From a virus: a DNA stretch of 64,000 bases. The notes beneath the pieces were generated by a model. It was not told the origin of the DNA. It did no database searches and was given only the letters and a program-made list of their open reading frames with translations. The stretch is taken from the IMG/VR virus record IMGVR_UViG_3300013939_000001, positions 1-64,000 of that record. One strand, given 5' to 3'. A program made the translations under genes and the position numbers. Within the stretch, counting starts at the first letter, position 1, and every line of letters begins with the position of its first letter. Shown here in pieces: positions 44,271-51,214 of the stretch.

Positions 44271-44277
44271 CGTTTCC

Positions 44278-44796
44278 TTACCCGTTGTTGTTTCGTGCAA
44301 TCGATTCGCGGACCCACTCGTTGAAGCGGGTGTCGTAGCTCAGACCCAACAGCGTGCCGTAACCGTGCGGGTCACGTGCGCTGAAGGAGTAATCAATCTC
44401 ACCGCCACGGCGCTGCATCTCACCAATGAACCGGCTAACCGACTCGAGGTAGGGACGCATTTCTTCCAGCGCTGGCTCCTGCATCGTGCGCGCCACCATC
44501 AGGCGATGTTCGCCCGCCGGAGGACGTGCCATGCACTGGACCAGATAGATCAGGCGGTTGGCGTCTTCACGCGTCTTGGCGCCCCAGGGAATCAGGACGG
44601 CTGCCGGTTCGCGAATGGGCGCATCTGCCCACCACGAAACGGCCATTGGCGATGGGCAGTCAATCAGTCCGTTGTTGAGCAGAAAATGCGTGTACATCAC
44701 GGACGATCTTTTCGGCAGCATCGAATCAATGACCGGTGCTGGGGACTGTACCAACTCACGAGATGGCGATCTCAGGGTAAACAGATAGGCGTTCAT
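44278..44796 (-). CDS. hypothetical protein (172 aa)
   Basis: ORF track; GGAG SD after terminator tail. Confidence 0.7.
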   Translation of the reverse strand: MNAYLFTLRSPSRELVQSPAPVIDSMLPKRSSVMYTHFLLNNGLIDCPSPMAVSWWADAPIREPAAVLIPWGAKTREDANRLIYLVQCMARPPAGEHRLMVARTMQEPALEEMRPYLESVSRFIGEMQRRGGEIDYSFSARDPHGYGTLLGLSYDTRFNEWVRESIARNNNG

Positions 44797-44810
44797 AGGA
44801 CTCCAGAAAA

Positions 44811-44838
44811 GCGGCGACCTCCCGAAGGAAGTCGCCGC
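44811..44838 (-). terminator. rho-independent terminator
   Basis: Stem GCGGCGAC..CC/GG..GTCGCCGC, minus-strand tail TTTTCTGGAG; 5 nt after stop of 44844..45359. Confidence 0.7.
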
Positions 44839-44843
44839 ATTGG

Positions 44844-45359
44844 TTACAACACGTCGATGTGGCTTTTCTTCAGCAGGGTTTCAGCGAACTCAGCGATATC
44901 CCGATTCAGGATACCTTGCTCCATGTACGGCTTCAGCGTGACGGTGATATGTGCCGCCATCACCCGCTTGACCGCTCTGGGCGCTTTGGAGTGCAACTTT
45001 TCGTACTGCCGACGACACTGATCCGATTCGATCTTGAAACGGCGATCGCCGGTGTCCAAGAGACGATAATCGTAGATCAGCATCCGATGGAACTTCTCCA
45101 CCATCTCCCAGAGCAACTCCATGCGCTCGATTCGCTTTTCCTTGAACCATTCGCGCAGGCGGAAAAGGAACAACGACCCGAAAGCCAACAGAGCGGCAGG
45201 CGCCACGATCTGAAGCCACAGCGGATCCTGACCTTGCTCGGTGGATGCTATCGCCACAATGGTCAAAGTCGCGCACAACAAACCGAACAGGAGATAACAG
45301 AGAACCTCCTCCTTTTTGTTCAGTCGGTTGCCCAGTGAACGGATGTCGAATTCGTGCAT
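44844..45359 (-). CDS. membrane protein (171 aa, 2 N-terminal TM)
   Basis: VLCYLLFGLLCATLTIVAIA and IVAPAALLAFGSLFLF hydrophobic helices. Confidence 0.7.
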   Translation of the reverse strand: MHEFDIRSLGNRLNKKEEVLCYLLFGLLCATLTIVAIASTEQGQDPLWLQIVAPAALLAFGSLFLFRLREWFKEKRIERMELLWEMVEKFHRMLIYDYRLLDTGDRRFKIESDQCRRQYEKLHSKAPRAVKRVMAAHITVTLKPYMEQGILNRDIAEFAETLLKKSHIDVL

Positions 45360-45371
45360 GGAGTTTTCCGG

Positions 45372-46217
45372 TTAGTAGTCGGTGAAGATGGTGCTCGGCA
45401 GTTTCGGTTCAGCGAACAGGATGGACTTCAGGAACTTGCCCTTGACGAAGTTCTTGGACTTGCCGTTGATCACAACGGTGCAGTCTTCGGCGACCTTGAT
45501 GACGTGGTATTCCACGCCGTCGACTTCGTTGGGGTACACGGCCGCCTTGACGCCGTTGTCCAGGTACTTCTGCAGGCCCTGCTCGGCGATGATCGGATCG
45601 GTGTCGAACTTGGACATGTTCGATGCGAAGATCGCTTCCTGGTCAGCGATGACGTCCACACCGACGATGCGCGAGATGCGATCGGTCAGCAGCACGATGC
45701 TCTCGGCCAGGCGCTGGATCAGCGGCAGATCCAGATCACCGGTGTGCTGGGCGGTGCGCACCAGATCCATGGTCAGCGAGTGGGACGGCAGCAACTGAGT
45801 GCGGAACAGCAGCGAGGCGAACTCGAGGCGTTCCTCACGGGACGCGCTGGTGACGTCGTCGATGGTGATCGAGTCGAAATCGATCGACGGGATGTTGAAC
45901 TCCAGACCCAGACGAGCGAACAGGCCGTCGTAGGTCACGATCGTGTCACCCAGACCGTCACGCAGGAGCTTGTACATCTCCTGACTGAAGCCATCCTTCT
46001 CGAAGCGGGAGAACTCGGTGTGAGCCTCCATCACTTCTTCGTGGATGATGTCCATCTGCTGCTTGGCGATGCCCAGGAACTCCGGCGTATTCAGCACGGA
46101 GTAGTTGCCGGGGACGGCATTGACCTGCTTGTTCATGGCCAGGTGGTACTCCAGATCCTCGATGCGGGAGAACGAGAACATGCTCGGAGACGAAACGATG
46201 GTGCGGGTGGCGTGCAT
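45372..46217 (-). CDS. MazG-like all-alpha NTP pyrophosphohydrolase domain protein (281 aa)
   Basis: IIHEEVMEAHTEF (E..E) followed about 25 aa later by LRDGLGDTIVT (D..D), and a second helical region ending IFASNMSKFDTD; motif-level call only. Confidence 0.4.
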   Translation of the reverse strand: MHATRTIVSSPSMFSFSRIEDLEYHLAMNKQVNAVPGNYSVLNTPEFLGIAKQQMDIIHEEVMEAHTEFSRFEKDGFSQEMYKLLRDGLGDTIVTYDGLFARLGLEFNIPSIDFDSITIDDVTSASREERLEFASLLFRTQLLPSHSLTMDLVRTAQHTGDLDLPLIQRLAESIVLLTDRISRIVGVDVIADQEAIFASNMSKFDTDPIIAEQGLQKYLDNGVKAAVYPNEVDGVEYHVIKVAEDCTVVINGKSKNFVKGKFLKSILFAEPKLPSTIFTDY

Positions 46218-46290
46218 GAGATGCCTTCATGGCAGTGGATGACATCTCATTACGTCCCCCTATATCCACCGTCCACTGGCCGGGAACTTT

Positions 46291-46842
46291 TTACGGTTTC
46301 TGGCTCAGGTTGAACTTCAGGGCGCTCACTCGCTGTATCGCGTACATCATCGGTACATCGAAATGGGCGGCCACTTTCACCCACGCCACGCGCTCCACAC
46401 ACGGCAAGAACGTCTTGAGGAATTCACGCAGTTCTTTGTCGGGGATCAACAACTCCCCGGTGAAACGCTGCGAGAAGATTTCGTGGGGATCGTTGTGGGT
46501 GGTGCCCAGGTCATTGTCGGTGACCTTCCACGACGGACCCGGCTGCTCGGACAGGAACAGACCAAACACACGGGACACGAACACCCGGCGATTGGCACTG
46601 GACATTGCATACTTCCTGCCTGTGCTGATGCGCATGACCATTCCGTCACCGCTTTCCGTCAACTCAGCGCCGTTGTAGGGCTGGCCAATGTAGTTGACGA
46701 CCTTGATACCGGCCTTGGTAAGCATGGCCTCCACGTCAACCGGGAAGCCAGGTACAGCGTATTCCCGTCGGAACGTTGCAAGCGGGATGTGATGATCTCT
46801 CACGTGGACACCTCGATCAGGCTTTTGTTTGCGATAAGTCAT
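46291..46842 (-). CDS. ImmA/IrrE (M78)-like protein lacking the HEXXH motif (183 aa)
   Basis: PVDVEAMLTKAGIKVV..., then RRVFVSRVFGLFLSEQ where family members have R.T.AHELGH..LH, then HEIFSQRFTGELLIPDKELREFL (family E..AN.FA..LLMP) and VAAHFDVPMMYAIQRV. Confidence 0.45.
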   Translation of the reverse strand: MTYRKQKPDRGVHVRDHHIPLATFRREYAVPGFPVDVEAMLTKAGIKVVNYIGQPYNGAELTESGDGMVMRISTGRKYAMSSANRRVFVSRVFGLFLSEQPGPSWKVTDNDLGTTHNDPHEIFSQRFTGELLIPDKELREFLKTFLPCVERVAWVKVAAHFDVPMMYAIQRVSALKFNLSQKP

Positions 46843-46904
46843 GGTGAAAGGGATTGGTTAGTTCATTGGGATAGTATGTGGCTGAAAACCGTTGGGATGA
46901 TGGC

Positions 46905-47270
46905 GGCATAAATAGGAGAGCCGACGCCCGAAGACGCCGGCTCTCCCACCCCTCGGTGCAACGCAAGGTTTCAAACACTTCCCTCAGGAATCTGACCGCA
47001 CCCTCCACCCTTTGGGGGCTTCGACGGCGCTGCACCCGTGAGCTGCAGCTATGCCACTCGGCTACGCGGTACGATACGGGCGTGCACTCCCGTACAGATT
47101 ACTGAAGGCTGCGTTCGTCACCGGGTCGTCATCAAATGTACCTGCCGTGGCATCTAGCACCGGCATTAACACAGGACGCCTTCCCGTAACACAACTTGGC
47201 CATCGTGGTGTGATAGCCCGTACGAATGTAGACATGGATGGAAATCCGATGCAACGCCACCACGCGCCCA
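46905..47270 (-). ncRNA. candidate ~360-nt non-coding (or leaderless small-ORF) transcript
   Basis: Bounded by promoter TTGACA-17-GATATT (47277-47305) and hairpin 46915..46946; lower GC; the only ORFs inside (47062..47271 minus, 47051..47350 plus) use many A/T-ending codons, unlike every other gene here. Confidence 0.3.
46915..46946 (-). terminator. terminator-like hairpin + TATTTATGCCGCC with no protein gene upstream of it
   Basis: Stem GGAGAGCCGACGCC/GACGCCGGCTCTCC (two mismatches), loop CGAA; minus-strand tail TATTTATGCCGCC (46903-46914). Confidence 0.6.
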
Positions 47271-47276
47271 TCGTGA

Positions 47277-47305
47277 AATATCCAAATCAATCTGTATACT
47301 GTCAA
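47277..47305 (-). promoter_or_regulatory. sigma70-like promoter TTGACA-17-GATATT
   Basis: Perfect -35 TTGACA (47305-47300), 17-nt spacer, GATATT (47282-47277); overlaps the 10-bp palindrome CTGTATACAG (47292-47301). Confidence 0.5.
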
Positions 47306-47493
47306 GCAGTTCGTGAGAGCCTGACAGGCGAGGAGGCGCTGCCCCTCTAAACTATTGGGTTAACGACATCGACCCACTACATCATGTGACCACCAGGTAA
47401 AATTTTCCAACCTGAGTGATTCCTTACCCCGCCCCATCATATGGTTTTCGAACCACCTTTCAACTAACAGATGGGCAAACAGGGGCAAGTGGG

Positions 47494-47769
47494 ATGGACG
47501 AAGTATCGCGCGCAACAGCGCTCAAAGCACGGTTGGCATTTGTGAAGATCACTGTCGTCGAGGGCAGTTCTCTTCCTTACCGTGTGGAGCGCAAGCGTAA
47601 CGGTACCATGGACGGAGGCCCGTTCCTGACGAGGGAGCAGGCCGAGGAGTGCATCCTCAAATTGGACTTGGAAAAGATCTCTCAGAAGGCGACGCGTAAG
47701 ACGGGCGGCGTCGGTCCGAAACCTGGCCGGAGTTCCTACAAGGAACCTCGCTACGCGGAATACCGCTGA
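47494..47769 (+). CDS. hypothetical basic protein (91 aa), the only plus-strand gene within the 52-kb minus-strand array
   Basis: Frame of ORF 47416..47769; start placed at ATG 47494; YRVERKRNGTMDGGPFLTREQAEECILKL is weakly reminiscent of AP2-type DNA-binding domains. Confidence 0.55.
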   Translation: MDEVSRATALKARLAFVKITVVEGSSLPYRVERKRNGTMDGGPFLTREQAEECILKLDLEKISQKATRKTGGVGPKPGRSSYKEPRYAEYR

Positions 47770-47780
47770 GACAAAAAAAA

Positions 47781-47803
47781 AGCCACCCCGGTTAGGGGTG
47801 GCT
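47781..47803. terminator. bidirectional rho-independent terminator
   Basis: Stem AGCCACCCC/GGGGTGGCT flanked by A9 (left) and TTTTATGCCGCC (right); sits between convergent genes 47494..47769(+) and 47817..48296(-). Confidence 0.85.
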
Positions 47804-47816
47804 TTTTATGCCGCCG

Positions 47817-48296
47817 TTACAGCTTGGCGATGGAGCCCATCTCGGTGACTACGAAATCGGCTGGCTTGAAGCCGTAGATTCCGAAGACCATATCCGAACG
47901 TAAGCGACGCTCCGTATCGACCAGTCGGTGGCCGCCCACATCATCCCTTTCTACTGGCACGTGGATATTGACGAGGTCGTAAACTTCGTTGTCGAACATC
48001 CATGCGATCTGCGCGGACGGGATCAGCCCAGCGCCGATGATCTTGACCACATGGTCGCGGATGGCCGACATGGCCATGAACAGCGTATTGCACACCAGCG
48101 CAGGATTGGCACCTGCCGGGGTACGCAGGTCAGTGACCATCAGCAGCAATTCGCCGAAACTCATCGACGGATCCAGCCAGTCGACCATCACCTGTACGGG
48201 GGTGTTGTTTCCGTCGAAGATGGTGAAGACGATACGGCCGGGGATCAGGTTCTTCGGGTTGCGAATGCAGGTTGCTGCAATGTAGATCTTTGACAT
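47817..48296 (-). CDS. hypothetical protein (159 aa)
   Basis: ORF track; ATG preceded by GGAGTTTAACTCGAC. Confidence 0.7.
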   Translation of the reverse strand: MSKIYIAATCIRNPKNLIPGRIVFTIFDGNNTPVQVMVDWLDPSMSFGELLLMVTDLRTPAGANPALVCNTLFMAMSAIRDHVVKIIGAGLIPSAQIAWMFDNEVYDLVNIHVPVERDDVGGHRLVDTERRLRSDMVFGIYGFKPADFVVTEMGSIAKL

Positions 48297-48354
48297 GTCG
48301 AGTTAAACTCCTTGATTGTCACTGCGAGAGGTGTGGGGGAGATGAAAGGATGGA

Positions 48355-48702
48355 TCAGCGCGGGTCGTCTGTCAAGCCTTCGATGAAACGGGCATTGATG
48401 ACCATCTGAGATCGGGGAAGTAGGGTCAACGGAGGCAGCGTGTTGGGCTCGTAGACTTTCTCCCAAGTATTGGTCTCATCGAAGACGATGACCACATCAT
48501 CGGGGCCGCCGATGTCTTGCAGGGAGTAGTCCACGCAGATCAGGTCGATAGATCCATCAGCTGGGGTGGAGTCGTTGTTGACCCATCCCATCCGATACCC
48601 ATGGTAGCTGATCGTTCCACGGGGGTAGATCTTGGCGAAGTCATCCATGATAGCCTTCACACGCTTTCTGTCTTGGAAGACCCATGGTTCTTTGTCGGCC
48701 AT
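48355..48702 (-). CDS. hypothetical protein (115 aa)
   Basis: ORF track. Confidence 0.65.
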   Translation of the reverse strand: MADKEPWVFQDRKRVKAIMDDFAKIYPRGTISYHGYRMGWVNNDSTPADGSIDLICVDYSLQDIGGPDDVVIVFDETNTWEKVYEPNTLPPLTLLPRSQMVINARFIEGLTDDPR

Positions 48703-48704
48703 GA

Positions 48705-49031
48705 CTACTCCTTCGGCACCGGCAGCTTCTCGGGCGGCTGCCCGTCACGATCGACGCGTGGCGCGTTGTACGGCTCCAGGCCGGGCTTCCACAGCCAGAC
48801 GTTGGTGCTGGGGTTGTAGGACATGCAACGCAGGTCCTGAGCGCACTCACGCGTTTTCACACTGGCGAGGTCAGTGCCCTTGTACTTGGCCAGCTGCGCC
48901 TCCAGGTCACCCACCTTATCCGCCTGACGGAAACTCAGGATGGAAAAGGCGATGACGCTCACCAGGACCAGAATCTGCAGTGCGCGAACATGCCACTTCG
49001 AATCGTGATTGTTGTTGGAGTTGTAGGACAT
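48705..49031 (-). CDS. N-terminally anchored membrane protein (108 aa)
   Basis: Single TM ALQILVLVSVIAFSILSF followed by a short coiled-coil-like segment and a Pro-rich C-terminus. Confidence 0.65.
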   Translation of the reverse strand: MSYNSNNNHDSKWHVRALQILVLVSVIAFSILSFRQADKVGDLEAQLAKYKGTDLASVKTRECAQDLRCMSYNPSTNVWLWKPGLEPYNAPRVDRDGQPPEKLPVPKE

Positions 49032-49041
49032 GTGGCTCTCC

Positions 49042-49344
49042 TTAGCGGGCCGGGTAGAAATGGGTGGCGGTGACGACCATGGCGATGTTCACCATGACCC
49101 ACACCAGACAGATACCGAAGACAGCCTGGGCAGCGTGCGGCAGGCCAGTCAGATGGAAGGCCAGCGCGCTGGTGCCCATCACAACCACACCGACGGCGAG
49201 CAGCCACACCGGCATGATCAGGCTGCGGTTCCAACGGGTCGGACGACCCATGATCGAGGTGACGATGCCCACCACGTACAGAGCAGCGATCGGGGCAAAG
49301 CACAGCAGGAACATGGAAGCGAAGAGGGTGTCGATCTTGTTCAT
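49042..49344 (-). CDS. membrane protein (100 aa, 3 TM; holin-like size and topology)
   Basis: FASMFLLCFAPIAALYVVGIV, MPVWLLAVGVVVMGTSALAF, VFGICLVWVMVNIAMVV; ATG preceded by AGAGTAAACTC. Confidence 0.65.
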   Translation of the reverse strand: MNKIDTLFASMFLLCFAPIAALYVVGIVTSIMGRPTRWNRSLIMPVWLLAVGVVVMGTSALAFHLTGLPHAAQAVFGICLVWVMVNIAMVVTATHFYPAR

Positions 49345-49393
49345 GAGTTTACTCTTGAATGTAGGAAGGAGGTTGGAGCGTGGGGAGGGTGGA

Positions 49394-49675
49394 TCAGATG
49401 TAACTATTGGTCATGTTCTTTTCTTTGAGGACGCAGTTGGCAATGCACTTCTTCGCCTGTGACTTGGAGATGACGTCGCACGATCGCACGAGCTCATCCC
49501 AGTCGTTGTACTTGACGGCGGTCGGTCCGACCGGCACACGTTCCAGGCACTGGTTGAACAGCTCGACGCGCTTTTCCTGGTCGACACCGTATACTTCAGT
49601 GTAGGTAGGATCGCGTCGGATACAGCCAGTCAGTACGACGCCGGCGAGTAGTGCGAAGATGAGTTTCTTGATCAT
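49394..49675 (-). CDS. small lipoprotein (93 aa)
   Basis: Frame of ORF 49394..49909; start placed at ATG 49675: MIKKLIFALLAGVVLTGC (lipobox LTGC); upstream part of ORF overlaps 49684..49917. Confidence 0.6.
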   Translation of the reverse strand: MIKKLIFALLAGVVLTGCIRRDPTYTEVYGVDQEKRVELFNQCLERVPVGPTAVKYNDWDELVRSCDVISKSQAKKCIANCVLKEKNMTNSYI

Positions 49676-49683
49676 CGGGATTC

Positions 49684-49917
49684 CTAGTCGTAGGGAGGGA
49701 AGTTGAAGCGTCTGCCCCACTTTTCCATGCCTTTGAAGATGAAGGGAGTGGTGATGGCCATGAAGGCCAGAATGCCCATGCCGATGACCACTTCGGAAGT
49801 GGACAGACTGTAATGTCCAACCCCCAATGCGAACCCGCCAAAGGCAGCTCCGAGTCCCCAGATGAACGCGAGACCGGACAGGAGCATATAGACGCTCAGA
49901 TGGAGCCAACGGAACAT
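49684..49917 (-). CDS. small membrane protein (77 aa, 2-3 TM)
   Basis: LSVYMLLSGLAFIWGLGAAFGGFALGV and VVIGMGILAFMAITTPFIF. Confidence 0.6.
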   Translation of the reverse strand: MFRWLHLSVYMLLSGLAFIWGLGAAFGGFALGVGHYSLSTSEVVIGMGILAFMAITTPFIFKGMEKWGRRFNFPPYD

Positions 49918-49929
49918 GAGAGATTCTCC

Positions 49930-50295
49930 TTATTCGGTTGCACGCATCCGCTCACGGTCAGCTTCTGCGCGTGAGATACGGAAGTTGATGAACGCCTGCT
50001 CATTCGCGTTGGCGATCTCCGCACGGGAGAATGCATCCTGCGAACGCTTCAGGCACTTCTCGATCTCGGCCACGTACTGGACGAGATAGAAGGCGATCAG
50101 GCGCTGGGCTTCAGCGAACCGCAGGCCGGCGGCATTGATCTTCGCACACAGACGTTCGGCGTGCTTCTTCGGGAGGTTGTCCTCGAGGATCTTGCCGTCC
50201 ATCATGATACGGAAGTAGAGGAATTCTTCGTCGACTTGTCCGTTCTCGAAGTTCGGGCAGAGGTGTAGTGTGGCACGTTCGGTGGCCATGGTCAA
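49930..50295 (-). CDS. hypothetical protein (121 aa)
   Basis: ORF track. Confidence 0.65.
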   Translation of the reverse strand: MTMATERATLHLCPNFENGQVDEEFLYFRIMMDGKILEDNLPKKHAERLCAKINAAGLRFAEAQRLIAFYLVQYVAEIEKCLKRSQDAFSRAEIANANEQAFINFRISRAEADRERMRATE

Positions 50296-50317
50296 TCCTT
50301 GAAATGCTAAACAAGAA

Positions 50318-50337
50318 GGGGCTCCCGAAGGAGCCCC
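50318..50337 (-). terminator. hairpin with T-rich tail
   Basis: Stem GGGGCTCC/GGAGCCCC, loop CGAA, minus-strand tail TTCTTGTTTAGCATTTC; 7 nt after stop of 50345..50779. Confidence 0.55.
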
Positions 50338-50344
50338 CGTTGGG

Positions 50345-50779
50345 TCAGACGCGGTAGCTGTGCTCGACCAGCTTACGCAGCAGGCTGGCGCCTGCGGTAT
50401 CCAGCGAGAACTTCCGACGCAGCCAGTAGATGCGCGGGTTGCCCGGCTTGATGTCCATCAGCTCGTCCATCCAGTTGGTGCTGGGGACTTCGCCCAGATG
50501 GCCGCCCTCGACCATCTTCTTGGACATCCGGTTGAACGAAGCCGGATCGCCACTGCGAACCACCTTGAACTCGTTCAGTCGGGTGTAGTCCATCATGATC
50601 TTCTCGTACTGCTCCGGGACATTGTCCTTGACAGCAGCGTTGAAGAGGATGGCGAACTCACTGATGTCCGCACGAGCCTGATCGCAGAAGCGTTCCAGAC
50701 CGTCTTCATATTCCCGCATACGCGGGGTCCACTGATCTTCCGGATAGCCCATCGTGGAAATGCGAACGGGACCGCCCAT
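50345..50779 (-). CDS. hypothetical protein (144 aa)
   Basis: Frame of ORF 50345..50824; start placed at ATG 50779 with AAGGAG 7 nt upstream. Confidence 0.65.
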   Translation of the reverse strand: MGGPVRISTMGYPEDQWTPRMREYEDGLERFCDQARADISEFAILFNAAVKDNVPEQYEKIMMDYTRLNEFKVVRSGDPASFNRMSKKMVEGGHLGEVPSTNWMDELMDIKPGNPRIYWLRRKFSLDTAGASLLRKLVEHSYRV

Positions 50780-50815
50780 GGTGTTGCTCCTTAGTTGACT
50801 GAGGAAAGTGAGCAC

Positions 50816-50843
50816 AGTATACATCAGTTAACGCTCGCGTCAA
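50816..50843 (-). promoter_or_regulatory. sigma70-like promoter TTGACG-16-TATACT
   Basis: Minus strand TTGACGcgagcgttaactgatgTATACT, about 35 nt upstream of ATG 50779 and downstream of terminator 50918..50939. Confidence 0.55.
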
Positions 50844-50917
50844 GCTTTTCTACTGCTACTCGTGGAAGTGTTATGTATATCAAATTCATTGGGATCGCCC
50901 TAAACGCGGCATAAGCC

Positions 50918-50939
50918 GAGGGCCTCCTGAGAGGCCCTC
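50918..50939 (-). terminator. hairpin + GGCTTATGCCGCG
   Basis: Stem GAGGGCCTC/GAGGCCCTC, loop 4 nt, 5 nt after stop of 50945..51214. Confidence 0.55.
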
Positions 50940-50944
50940 AGAGC

Positions 50945-51214
50945 TCACTGGCCGAGTATCTCGTACTCACGGGCCGCACGACGGTACAAGACCGCCATAC
51001 GGCTGTGACGGTGCCTATCCTCCGGGGTGCAGAGAGGATTGCGCATCGCTGCAGCATGAGCCTCAGCGATTGCTGACGCCGACGACGAATTCAGGTACAG
51101 TACTTGCAGTCCGATATCATCGGCGAGATACTTGAGCATCCCACGCGCCGTAGCGGTATCCTGCAGGTGCTGGACGGCCGGGTCATTTCCCGGCGTTGGC
51201 TGATTTTCGGGCAT
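50945..51214 (-). CDS. hypothetical protein (89 aa)
   Basis: ORF track; AGGAG 7 nt before ATG 51214; overlaps the Rz-like 3' end by 32 nt. Confidence 0.6.
   Translation of the reverse strand: MPENQPTPGNDPAVQHLQDTATARGMLKYLADDIGLQVLYLNSSSASAIAEAHAAAMRNPLCTPEDRHRHSRMAVLYRRAAREYEILGQ

Noticed and set aside
47051-47350. 99-aa plus-strand and 69-aa minus-strand (47062-47271) ORFs inside the ORF-poor island.
   Set aside because: Their codon usage is full of A/T-ending and rare codons, unlike all neighbouring genes, and they have no SD. I kept only the leaderless-ORF alternative as a caveat under the ncRNA candidate.
46843-47493. tRNA or tmRNA genes in the large intergenic region and other gaps.
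   Set aside because: I could not fold any cloverleaf or find a GTTCGAATC-type T-loop with matching acceptor stems by eye. This is not an exhaustive search, and tRNAscan-SE/ARAGORN should be run.
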